From NCBI GenBank assembly GCA_043228905.1, contig JBHGNT010000004.1, positions 14,942,001 through 15,006,000 on the forward strand: a stretch of DNA of 64,000 nt. The letters run 5' to 3'. Position numbers and translations under genes: made by a program. Position 1 is the first letter of the stretch, and every line of letters starts with the position of its first letter. The notes under the pieces are model-generated. The model was not told the DNA's origin and searched no databases. It saw nothing but the letters and a program-made list of their open reading frames with translations. Shown here one piece after another: positions 12,210 through 23,889 of this stretch. The stretch comes from Azolla caroliniana (lineage: Eukaryota; Plantae; Polypodiophyta).

Positions 12210-12907
12210 TGTTGGGATTTCGGTCCCTCCGGATGGGATGTCCGGAGATGAATGACGGCAAGCCCGGTTGCGGTTACGGAACCGGAGGATGAAGAGTACC
12301 CGGCATGAAGTCGGATGAAGAGTACCCGGCATGAAGCCGGATGAAGAGTACCCGGCTACGGATCCGGATGATGAAGACCCCCGGCTACGGAGCCGGATGA
12401 TGAAGACCCCGGCTACGGAGCCGGATGACGAATGTACCCGGAGAGAGATCCGGATGCGGGGACATATCTGTGAATATGTTTGCCAAGGGCCCTTGAGGCT
12501 ATATTTGTAAATAGCCCGAAAGTCATATGTGTATAAATATGACTTAGGGCAAACAGTTTACAGTTTGTTGCTCATTTTTTCTGTTTTCCACTTAGAGGGA
12601 GCGAAGTGAGAGCAGCCGAGAGAGAGTGAGAGAGAGAGAGAGACGAAGAGGTCGTTGCCTCTGTGTATTACCGCCGCCTGTGGCGAGGACAGCGAGCTCA
12701 AGGTCGTCGCCTTGCAGCTCGCCATTGTACATTCCCTACGTATAGTGATAGTTGGAGTTTGAGGACTCCCGTGGTTTTTCCCATTTAGGGTTTTCCACGT
12801 AAAACATCCTGTGTACTCTTCTCTCCATTGTCTTCGTGCATTTTGTATTTCCTGTTTTCTGTGAGTTGATCCTATTCCTCGGTTGTGGCCGAGCACTGTG
12901 TTTAACA
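12210..12907 (+). repeat. 3' LTR of A
   Basis: Follows PPT GAAGGGGGAGTT; TG...CA. Confidence 0.95.
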
Positions 12908-12912
12908 AACCT

Positions 12913-15585
12913 GTCCTCCTCCGCCGGCAACCGGAAGCCACCCCCACCGACCTTGGGCTCCCGTAGCGTTATGTCGGTGAACCGGTGCCCTATGCCAGCC
13001 GGATTCCGTAAACTTGGGTCCGACGCGACCCCTTTTATCCGCTCCTCGCTGCCCTCTGGCAAGGGTGCCGCGACTGGCCTCACCTTCCGGTCCACAGTCT
13101 TGTACTTTGTATCCACGCGGGCCGTCCGATCCGACCCGATCCTTTCCCCGAAGTCCGCGATGACTTCGTACATTCCCATCGACCCTATCGGAATGGTTCG
13201 GTCTTCTCTAAGGTCTTCACCAATCACCTTTCGCAACTCGCCCAAGGTGTCATCAAAAGAGACCGCCTCCACGGCGCCGCTGATCTCTTCGCCGGGGGAG
13301 AGGACTCCGCATCCCCTGAGCCGCTCCTCCGCTCGCTTCCTTTCCCAGCTGCTGACGTTGGCTATAATACAATCTCCGTTTTCGGAAAACGAAAACTTCC
13401 TACCTACTGTACATGTGTGGGGTTCTTCCGGTACATCTGGACTACCGTGGCCCCACGCCTTGATATCCCTCTCTAAAAATCCCCTTGGCTATCGCCGCCG
13501 AGGGTCTCGCGATTCCTCTCATGGTTCGGACGTACGGTCATGAATTGGACGGAATGCCGACCGTCCTGGCTCTTGACACGCGCGTACGCCGAACCGTTGT
13601 CTAGTACCTTCGTCTCCATGCGTGCTGCCGTAATGTATGGTTCACCGAGAATCATCGGGTGCGAGGATGTTTCCTGCACGAAGAAATGTTGATCTATCTC
13701 GATGTCACCGACCTTTACGCGTATATTCGAGCACGCACCATGCAGCTCCTCCATAGCACGCGTCGCCGTGCGTATCTTCCACCCATGCTTGGTGTTGATC
13801 GACCATTTACCCCTCTTGTAGAAATCCATGGACATCAGGTTGATTTCGGATCCATGGTCTACCAAGGCCACCACTGGTTCCGGAACGTCGCCGATCCGCA
13901 CAGGGGTTTCCGTAGTTGCCCTGGCCCAAGGCGGCTTCACGTAGTGGCTTTCCGCCAACTCGTCTTCTAGGGCCGTGTCTTCTAAGTGCGTAGTCCGCAC
14001 CTCCACCAACTTTTCCCGTTCTGGCTCCGTCAACAGCCTCTTCCGCTTCACCAAGTCTACGATGGAGTCGTGGAACTCCCTCTTGGCGATTCCCAGCACC
14101 TCCCGCAACGACAACTCCACTTTACTGTCGAGGATTCGCTCTTCAAGGACCTTCCGTAGGTCTGTTGCTCTCACGATTTTGGTGCTCAACCGAAACCCTG
14201 CCTGCTTCTTTCCATCCGGCGCGCCTGGGTTGCCGACACCGGTCGGTTTCGGTCCGAACCAGGTCTCATACCCTTGCGGGGGACCCACCCCCCCGGCCTT
14301 TCCTGCCCGTTTGTCTTCCACCAGAACCTCGTAGTTCTGGCAAACGGCTTCTACGAAGCCCGTTTTCTCTTCGACTGGATCGTCCCATCCGGTGACCTCC
14401 TGGACCCGTTGTTCCGCGCGGTCCGCCTCTTCCTTCTTCAGCCAAACTCCGGAGAAGCCTTCTAGCACTAGCAGCCAGAATCCAGAGTCCTTCACCTTTC
14501 GGGACTCGTCACCCCCGACCCGAATTCCCACCGCCACTGAGTAGGTAACGGCTTCTACATGCCGTGTCGCGGCCTCTTCCATCAACCTCTTCATTCCGCC
14601 ACACCTCGTATTCAGTTCTAGGGCTCTCCGGGTCTCGCTCGCGTGCACCCGCCCGTTCCAAAGGTACACCACGTTGGCCCTGGGTGCGTTGGCGAAATCC
14701 GCGCAATCCCTCCGAATGTGACAGATCGCGTCACACCACATGCACCGCTGCCTAGCCGGCGGCCTCCGGTTGCGAGGTTGTTCGCCGCTATCTCTCCGGG
14801 CCTGTGCGATCTGCAAGTCGCGCACCATCTGCGTCAGCTCCTCCAGAGCCGCTCCTCCGGATGGGCCTCTGACCACGTCATTTGATGCCGACCCCGACTC
14901 TAGCCAGATTCGGGTCTCTTCCTTCCTACTGGCCGGCACCGATACCGGCTCATTGAGCCTCCTTGCCGGAACCGTCGCTCCAATCGTGCCGTTTGTCGAA
15001 ACGGCTGCAGACCCGTCTTACCACGGCCCAGTCTGTCGTGAGCCCTTCGTCCGTTTCCAATAGGGGACCCACCTTTTCCCTATCGAGCGTGTCCACCGAC
15101 TTGATAAACAGTAATACTCGACTCGTTTCGAGTACGGTCCGGTCCAGCGTCGACAGCCGCGCGAACTGTTTTTCGAACTCATGGAGGAGTGCCGACGTGT
15201 TCCTCCCTTTTCCGGGTCTTTCCACCCACGCCATGAAGTCCCGCCTCGACAACCGAAGTGAGTCGCCAAACCCGTACTTCTCAAGGAGCTGCATCTCAAA
15301 CTCCTCCCAAGTCTATCATCCGGCCAACACCTTGAGCACCTCCGCGTGGATTCTCGGCGTCACCACCCGAGGGAATCCGGACAGCCGCCTGCCCACCGGG
15401 ATATCCCTCATGATCATTTCGGCCTGGTAAGCCTCCAAATAACTTGTGGCGTCTTTCCCTCCGAACCGGCCTATAATACAGACGATCGATTGAACGGCTC
15501 TGTCGAGGGTACCCGTCCGCTCATGAGCGCTTACTAGCAGGTCGACAGCTACCGCCATTGCCTTTGCTAGCTCCGATCCCCTCAT
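12913..15585 (-). pseudogene. Gypsy C gag and aspartic protease (frameshifted)
   Basis: Starts MRGSELAKAM; CMWCDAICHIRRDC zinc knuckle; LVDHGSEINLM and ILGEPY protease motifs; KYKTVDRKVRPV linker. Confidence 0.85.
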
Positions 15586-15606
15586 CTTTCGACTCCTTTG
15601 CCGCCT

Positions 15607-15625
15607 ATTCACGTCGGGTTCACCA
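15607..15625 (-). promoter_or_regulatory. Primer-binding site complementary to tRNA-Trp
   Basis: + strand ATTCACGTCGGGTTCACCA matches the 3' end of plant cytosolic tRNA-Trp plus CCA as I recall it; 4 nt from the LTR. Confidence 0.8.
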
Positions 15626-15629
15626 AAGA

Positions 15630-18124
15630 TGTCGCGAAGTTTCGCGTTCGCGTGTAGGAAGAGGCGGGACCACGGGGGTCTTGGACCAAGGAGAGAGTGA
15701 GTGAGAGAGAGAGAGAGAGAGAGAGATGCAAGCTCACAGGAAGAGATTAAGAGCAAGGAAACAAGAATCCGATTACTATAGTCAATAGCTTACAACTCGA
15801 ACAGTTACAACCGGCAACCCGGTAATGGACCCGACACGGGGTCCTACTCACGCACACTGACGACAGCCACACGACTCGAAGAAACAAAAGGGGAAAAGAG
15901 GAGAGAGAGACTCTGTTGGAAGCACACGGGCTGTCCACAAAGCAGAGGCAGTGAACTCCCGACACCCGTAGAGAACGACGATTGGAGGAGAGAGAGCTCG
16001 GCACTCAGTTCTGCAGCAGCACTTCGTCCTCGCCAATGCGCCCCCCCCCCCCCCCCTTTCCTCCTTCTCTCCTCTCCTTTTATAGTTCCCCCAAAAAGGG
16101 GTGCCCTCTTTCCCTAGTCAAATTGCTTTATTCCCTATCCCTTCTGACAGATATACGCACAATCCCTCCTAATAAATGTGCACTACCTAGTATTTACATC
16201 AGTTGATCCAATATCAAAATATCAATTCATGCGCCCATCCGTATAAGAGCCGGTTCATGCGCCTTTTTCTCCGATTCCGCCTATGCCCGGTTTTCTTCAC
16301 GACATCGGACAAGAGCCCTCGGGACCGATTCCGGAGAACTTGGCATTCGGGCCCTTATGCCCATGTGAGACTGAGGAGATGGACGACAGTATCGAGGAGT
16401 CCTGGCATGATGCCAGTGAAGAGGGATGGGAAATGGCCCACAAGAAGGTCGATGAAAGGAACAAGAAACGACCCGACCGGGGACCGAACCACGCGGCATT
16501 CCGATTCGGGTGGAGCGCGATCAGGTCGTGGATTGTTCGACCGGGGCTAGAATCGGCATGAGGGTGCTGATACGGGAGAGGGTGCGGAACGAGCCGCCCT
16601 CTTTTACATGGGGAGAAAGACCGACCGAGCGAAGGTCGGGAATCGGGAAGAAGATGATCGAGGGTACGGAACGAGTCCGGCAGGATCGGCATCAGAGCCG
16701 AAACTCCGGACATTGGAGAATAAAGCCCAAGTGGGGCTTGATCAATCATAGAGCGGATGCTATCCACCGGCACCACTAAAGGGTCGGTGGCCCCGGATGA
16801 GTCGTCGGGAGTCGTTAGGAAATCGGTGTCCCCACATCTTGACCGGAGACTTCGGCAGTTCAAGCCAACATGGCAACGTGAGACCGAAAGAGATGGAAGA
16901 TGGAGGCGGGAACGCAACAAGGAGAGTGACGATGAATCTAGTGAAAGTACAAGGGATGAAGCGGAGAACAAAGACCGGTCCTACGGAGATCCTCAAACCG
17001 ATCCGGCTGTCGGCCCGAGTGCCGGCGTGAGTCCTATAGGAGAGATCGGTGGCGACAGGAGATCGGGACCCGGCAATCCAGAGAATGATTGGCGGACCCG
17101 GACGAGAATGGGGTGGAACGAGCAGGCCTACGATAACTGATCCAGAAGAGAGGAGAGAGCAGGCCTACGAAGAGGCCGGGAGCACGATACGTCGGTACCA
17201 TGGGGGAGGGTGTGGAGCGAGCCACCCTCTCGACTTGCGGACAAAGTCGACCCGGGATAAGGGTCAGAGACTAAACGGAGGCCCGAGGAGGATCCTTCAC
17301 ACCGGTTCTAGAGATCTGGCGGTCGGCCCAAGAGCCGGCGTGAGACCTAGAGTAACGAACGGTGGCGGCGAGGGGACGAAGGCAAAGGGACCGCGGAAGG
17401 GCGGTCTACAAAGATCCTCACCCTGATCCGGCTGTTGGCCTGAGTGCCAGTGTGAGTCCTATAGGAGAGATCGGTGGCGGCAAGTGAACGTGACCAGCAG
17501 AAGAGGCCGATGCAAAGGTTGGGAAAACGGCAAGCGGTGCTGCCACGACCTTACACACACCAGTTCTTGAGACTCCGGCAGCTGGCAACGAGAGCCGGCG
17601 TGAGACCTAGAGTGAAGAACGGTGGCGGTGGCAAGGCGGGCAACCGAGACGAAAAAGGGGAGGTCCCACGAAGATCCTCACACTGATCCAGCGGTCGGCC
17701 TGAGTGCCGGCGTAAGTCCTATAGGAGAGATCGGTGGCGTCAGGTGAACGTGATAGGATGACGAAGGCAAAGGACTGAGGATGGGCGGTCTGTGGAGATC
17801 CTCACACCGATCCGGCTTTAGGGTTTCGTCTTGGTTTCTTCTTCTTCTACTTCCCCTTCGTGTTTGTTTAGGGTTTGCTTCTGCTCGGTCCCCTGTGCAA
17901 GACCCCACTCAGCGAGACGAGCCCGAGAGCTCCCCGATCGGTGGCTTGGCAACAGACTGCTGTTGTAACCTACCTTGGTCTGGCTCGAAGTCGGGGATGT
18001 ATTCTTTCCCTTGTAATATACATACTCGTATCTGTTTGTGCATATTGGTGTATTTGGTAGTGTCGGAAGCACAACCCCTTGCTTCCTGTGCATAAGAGTC
18101 GGTGTCGCGCGCACGCTCTCCCTC

Positions 18125-18181
<57 letters not shown>

Positions 18182-18296
18182 GTTCGGTTGCATCCGGGTT
18201 GTGTCCAGTGTCGGTTTTCTTGGTATCCCTCTTCTCCCTCATCCGTGACCTCCATGGTCCCGCCCCTTCTACACGCAAACGCGTAACAACGCGACA
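15630..18296 (-). repeat. 5' LTR of gypsy C (~2.7 kb) with long terminal inverted repeats
   Basis: TGTCGCG...CGCGACA. CTATAAAAGG on the minus strand near 16080. Copia protease sequence begins immediately at 18297. Confidence 0.75.
16987..17818 (+). repeat. Degenerate direct repeats inside the C LTR
   Basis: GATCCTCA..GATCCGGCTGTCGGCC.GAGTGCCGGCGTGAGTCCTATAGGAGAGATCGGTGGCG near 16990, 17413 and 17673, partial copy at 17797; AGAGCCGGCGTGAGACCTAGAGT at 17331 and 17592. Confidence 0.85.
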
Positions 18297-18518
18297 CCGG
18301 TATGAAGGAACTGTGGTATGTTGACATCAAAGCGTCGAACCATATTACGAGCCACGAAGAATGGTTTTCATTCCTAGAAAAACCGGAGCAACCGAGAGTT
18401 GTCGAAACAGGAGACGACACTCCTCATACGATCAAACACATCAGTGAGGTCCCTCTCAGTCGTGTTGGGCAGAAGGGAAAGCTTATGAACATCTTGCACA
18501 TCCCAACTGCTAGGATTT

Positions 18519-18972
18519 TGTTACTCCTAAGGGTCGGACAATAACCTAACACAAGGTGTCTACGGAAGACACTTCACCAAAGGGTGTTACGGTGAGATAG
18601 AGTTAGACCGATGATTCATCATACCTATATCGGTTACTTAAGCAACATATCCTGAATCTTAATACACGCGTAAGATAGGAAGTAATTAGCACAGAACGGT
18701 AATCAATACACAGAGATAAGACAATAGAGCTTTTATTAATTATCTGTCGTCATTTACAATGTAATCAGGCTTATTTATAGATCACCAGTTCTGCATACAA
18801 AACGGTGCCAACTAGTATGAACCGGTCTGGCTCCGGATCAGCATACCGATTCCAGTCCGTCCGTTCACTTCTCAAAATATACTTAATTACTTAATATCCT
18901 AATAACAACTTCTGATTATTCCTGCCCTTTCAAATTCTAGACTGTCCTCCACTCCTTGCCGGCTAGCTAACA
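18519..18972 (-). mobile_element. Solo LTR F, TSD GATTT
   Basis: TGTTA...TAACA; GATTT at 18514-18518 and 18973-18977; CTATAAATAA and AATAAA on the minus strand; no internal region. Confidence 0.85.
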
Positions 18973-19593
18973 GATTTCGATCCCTCCGAATGGGATATGA
19001 CTACCCAGCAAGGAAGACTCGGTGAGAACCGGATGTGGTTCCTCCGGATGGGATATGAGCACCCGGCAAGGAAGACCCGGTGAGAACCAGATGACGCAGG
19101 CCCGGTGAGAACCTCTCACCGAATGAAGGGACATATATGTAAATATGTTTCTGTTAGCCCATTGTGGCTATATTTGTAAATAGCCCGAAAGTCATATGAG
19201 TATAAATATGACCTAGGGCAAACAGAGTGTGTGATTGTGTTGTTGTCATATTGCTGTAACAGTTGTACAGAGAGAGAGAGATACAGAGTGAGTCTCTGTT
19301 GTAACTGCCGCCAGGCGAAGATTGTGAGCAAGAGGTCGTTACCTCTATGTTCCTTTCGTTCTATTCTTCTAGATATAGTGATAGTTTGGAGCTAGTGGGC
19401 TCCCGTGGTTTTTTCCCGTTTAGGATTTTCCACGTAAACATCCTGTGTACTCTCTCTTGCTTTATTGTTCGTGTGTATATGTGCATTTCTTCCTATTCCC
19501 ATCTTTCTGTGGTTGATCCTAAGACTCGGTTGTGGCTGAGTAATATTCAGTGATATTCCTGTCAATTTCGTATTAGAGCGACCAACACAAGAA

Positions 19594-22500
19594 ATGGAAG
19601 AATTGTTCGGCGGCATGTTCAAGCTCATCGGCTCCAACTACTCAGTGTGGAAGTCGAAGATGAGGGACATGCTAGTGGTTAAAGATCTTTGGTTGCCGGT
19701 TCAGTTCGGGGACAAGAGACCGGATAAGATCGACGCCATGGTGTGGGAGGTGATGCACATGAAGACAACGGCATACATCCGGTGCTTCGGCGACATGAGC
19801 CTGTACAACAACTTCAATGAAGAGAGCAAGACTCATGAACTCTGGGAGAAGATCGACATCATGTTCCAGAACAAGAATGCCATTAATTGGGTTTCGGTAT
19901 TTCGGAAGCTAGTGAGGCTCTGGTACCAAGACGGCTCCAACATGGTGGAGCACATGAATGCCTTCCAAGGGCTGATACACTAAGAAACCTCGTTGGAAGT
20001 ACCTCTCGCCGATGAGGTACTTGCTCTACCCCTGCTTGGTTCCCTCCCGGATAGCTGGGAGATGTTAGTTGTCCTGTTGGGCAACGCTGGGCCGGAAGGA
20101 AAACAACTATCCCTAGCAAGAGCCAAGTGGAGCTTGCTAGATGACGAGGCGCGTCAGAAAAACAAGGAGGTGATCTCCGACGCCAAAACCCTCCTTACTG
20201 AATTGGAACGTGGAAGACAAAGGAATCGGAGTCCCCAGAACCAGGAAAAGTCGGGGACAGGGTCAAAGTGAAGGGGGAGGCCCACTTGCTTCTATTGTGG
20301 CAAGCCATGGCACTTTCAGAAGAGTTGTCGGCATTTCCGAAAGGACAAGGGAACCAACAGTACCGATTCGAAGAAGTCGCCGAACCGGAAGGGAACGACG
20401 GTGAACGCAGCAAGTGAAGAAGAACTAATGCTTATCTCCGGGGAGAGCGAGTTGAACCTTGCTGTCGACGAGACACCATGGGTTGTCGACTCTGGAGCGT
20501 CGTTCCACCTTACCCTGGACCGGAAATGCTTCTCATCCTACACAGCTGGTGAGCACGGCTGTGTCCGGATGGGGAATGAGGGGACATGCCAAATTGTCGG
20601 CATAGGAGATGTGTTGTTGACGACATCAACCAGATGCAAGCTGCTGCTAAAGTATGTTCGACACGTTCCGGAGGTTCAATTGAACCTAATATCAACCGAT
20701 TGGCTAGTTGATGAAGGCTACACGGTAGCATCCAGAACGGTGTCATGAAGTTCAGCAAGGGGAGCCTGATAGTGGATCGGGCCCGGAAGGTCAACACATT
20801 GTACTTGATGAATGCCTGGATATGCTAGGAAGAAGTGAACGTAGCATCCGTCACTGCCGGTGAGCTGTGGCACAAAAGATTGTGTCACATGAGTGACAAA
20901 GGGATGAAGAGGCTTGACGAAGTCAACCTCATTCCGGTGAAGGACGTGTAACTTGAGAAGTGCACCGATTGCTTGGCTGAGAATACCGGGGACAGTTCGA
21001 GGAGTACTGCCACTTGAAGGGAATCCGACTCGAATTCACCATGCCAAAGACGTCGGAACTCAATGGACTGGCCGAGAGGATGAACTGGACCATAATGGAG
21101 AGGGTCTAGAGTATGCTAGCACATGCCAAGTTACCCAAGATGTTTTGGGCTTTGGCGCTGACGACAACGACGTATGTGATAAACATATCACCCTCAGTAC
21201 CCTTGGACGGAGACACGCCGCAGAGAATGTGGAGCGTTAAAGAAGTGTCTTACCGGCATCTTAAGGTGTTCGGGTGTCTCGCTTACATGCATGTGGCAAA
21301 GGACCGGAGAACAAAGCTGGATCCAAAGTTCCAGCCTTGCATATTCCTCGGATACGGCAATGATGAGTTTGGTTACCGAGTGTGGGACCCCGTCGACAAG
21401 AAGGTGTTCCGGAGTCGAGATATTATCTTCATGGAGGACAAGACCCTTGTCGACTGGGAGTCGGAGAAGAAGATAATGATCTCCGAGTCGACCGGTAAGG
21501 ATCGGTTCGACGAGTTTCAGACCTACCTGGCTAACAGCCGGTTGACACTCAAGAACCGGCCGGTAGTGGTGAGGATACCGAACCGGCAGAAGAAGAAGAG
21601 GAAGTTGGAAACGGAACCGGCCAAGATCCCGAATCGGATTCGGATGAAGAACAGATGCAGGGCCAGTTACCGAAAACCGAAGTCGGAGATATCCCCTTAG
21701 AGAGAGGAGGCCCCCCTGGAGATTTCCGGATCCAGAGCATGTGTTGCTAACTAAAGAGGGGTAGCTGGGGAGCTTCGAAGAAGCAAGGGAAGACACCCAT
21801 AGCCGCAAGTGGTTAAGTGCCATGTAGGACGAGATGGATTCTCTGCATGAGAACCACACGTATGAATTGGTGGAGTTGCCAAAAGGAAAACGGGCACTTC
21901 GAAACAAGTGGGTGTACAAGCTGAAACCGGGAGATGCCAGTAACCCCCTGAGATACGAAGCCAGGATTGTGGTGAAGGGGTTCCAGCAGAAGAAGCGCGT
22001 GGACTTTGACGAAATATTTGCCCCGGTAGTAAAGACGACTTCCATTTGGACGGTGCTGAGCTTAGCGGCAAGCATGGACCTCGAGGTAGAGTAGTTAGAC
22101 GTGATGACAATGTTCCTCCATGACGACCTCGAGGAGGAGATCTACATGCAACAACCGGAGGGATTTGTGAAGAAAGGGAAGGAGCACTTGGTTTGCCGGT
22201 TGAAGAAGAGCCTCTACGGTTTGAAGCAGGCTCCCTGACAATGGTACCGGAAGTTCGACTCCTTCATGACCAATCAAGGGTACCACAAGACGCAAGCCGA
22301 TCACTACGTATTTGTGAAGAAGTTCGAAGGTGGAGACTTCCTAATACTCCTCCTGTACGTGGACGACATATTGATCATCGGACGAGACCAAGTCAAGATA
22401 TGGATGCTGAAGAAGGCTCTGAACCAGACCTTCTCAATGAAAGACTTGGGTCCAACAAGATAGATAATGGGGATGCATATCATCCAGGACCAGTCAAAGA

Positions 22501-23333
22501 AGAAATTGTGGTTGTCACAAAAGAAATACATGACAAAGGTGCTTCAAGGGTCAAACATGTCAAATGCGAAACGGGTCGGATCGACACTCCCGGAAAACTG
22601 CAGATTATCCGATAAGCAAAGCCCGAAGACAAAGGCAGAGAAGGTGGATATGATGAAGATACCATATTCCTTTGATGTCGGTAGCTTGATGTACACAATG
22701 GTGTGTACCCAACCGGATATCGAATACGAAGTAGGAGTGGTGAGCCGGTTCATGAGCAATCCCGGCAAGGAGCATTGGAATGCGGTAAAATGGATCCTCT
22801 GGTATCTGAAGGGCACTTCGAGTATGTGCCTCCAATTCGGCTTAGGTAAACCCCAACTAGACGGATTCACGGATTCAGACATGTCGGATGATGCGGATAC
22901 CTGTCGGTCAACATCCGGATACGTCATGACATATGTAGGGGGAGTTGTTTCGTGGCAGTCGAGGTTGCAGAAGACAGTTGCGTTGTCAACCACGGAAGTG
23001 GAGTACATGGCAGCTGTGGAAGCCGGCAAGGAAATACTGTGGATGAAGGACTTCATCGGAGAGCTAGGGATCTGGAAGGAGGAATACCAACTCTACTGCG
23101 ACAGTCAGAGTTCCATTCACCTTGCAAAGAACGCTGCCTATCATTCCAGGACAAAGCACATCCAATGCGGGTACCACTGGATTCGGGAGCGAGTAGAAGA
23201 TTGGGAGTTCGCGCTGACGAAAATCCACATGGAGGAGAAAGGGTCAGATATGCTGACCAAAGTGCTGACACCTGACAAGTTAGATGCATGTAGGAAGAGG
23301 ATTGAATTGACGAGGCATCCCATGCCGGAGTGA
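19594..23333 (+). pseudogene. Copia E gag-pol with multiple stops/frameshifts and an integrase deletion near 20978
   Basis: WVVDSGASFH, YVDDI and STTEVEY motifs; CLA joins directly to EYRGQ. Confidence 0.9.
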
Positions 23334-23343
23334 AGGGGGATTT

Positions 23344-23889
23344 TGTTAGGATTTCGGTCCCTCAGGATGGGATATGAGTACCCGGCAAGGAAGACCCGGT
23401 GAGAACCAAATGACGTAGGCCCGGTGAGAACCTCTCACCGGATGAAGGGACATATATGTAAATATGTTTCTCATAGACCATTGTGGCTATATTTTTAAAT
23501 AGCCCGAAAGTCATATGAGTATAAATATGACCTAGGGCAAACAGAGTGTGTGATTGTGTTGTTGTCATATTGCTGTAATAGTTTTACAGAGAGAGAGAGA
23601 GAGAGTGAGTGAGTGAGTCTCTATCGTAACCGCCGCTAGGCGAAGATTGTGAGCAAGAGGTCGTTAGCTCTATGTTTCTTTCATTGTATTCTTCTAGACA
23701 TAGTGATATTTTGGAGCTAGTGGGCTGCCGTGGTGTTTTCCCGTTTAGGGTTTTCCACGTAAACATCATGTGTACTCTCTCTTTCTTTATTGTTCGTGTG
23801 TATACGTGCATTTCTTCCTATTCCCATCCTTCTATGGTTGATCCTAAGACTCGATTGTGGCCGAGCAATATTCAACGATATTCCTGTCA
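23344..23889 (+). repeat. 3' LTR of E
   Basis: TG...CA after the PPT; homologous to the E 5' LTR. Confidence 0.9.

Larger units (their letters stand above)
1418..12907 (+). mobile_element. Ty1/copia element A, young, TSD AACCT; contains nested element B
   Basis: TGTTGGG...TTAACA termini. AACCT at 1413-1417 and 12908-12912. PBS 2692-2703, PPT GAAGGGGGAG before 12210, LTRs nearly identical. Confidence 0.95.
1..18296 (-). mobile_element. Ty3/gypsy LTR retrotransposon C (5' LTR, gag, protease, RT, RNase H; runs off the left window edge); interrupted by copia A
   Basis: Order on the minus strand is gag-PR-RT-RH. Removing A rejoins the frame as ...LPAEEDRF/WRMLGRHG. PBS at 15607-15625 and a TG...CA LTR at 15630-18296. 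Confidence 0.9.
18508..23889 (+). mobile_element. Ty1/copia element E, degenerate, TSD CCAAC/CCGAC
   Basis: LTRs 18508-19564 (interrupted by F) and 23344-23889; decayed PBS TCGTATTAGAGC; PPT 23332-23340. Confidence 0.9.

Noticed and set aside
15607-15625. tRNA-Trp gene
   Set aside because: Only the 3' 19 nt including CCA; its position beside an LTR makes it a PBS.
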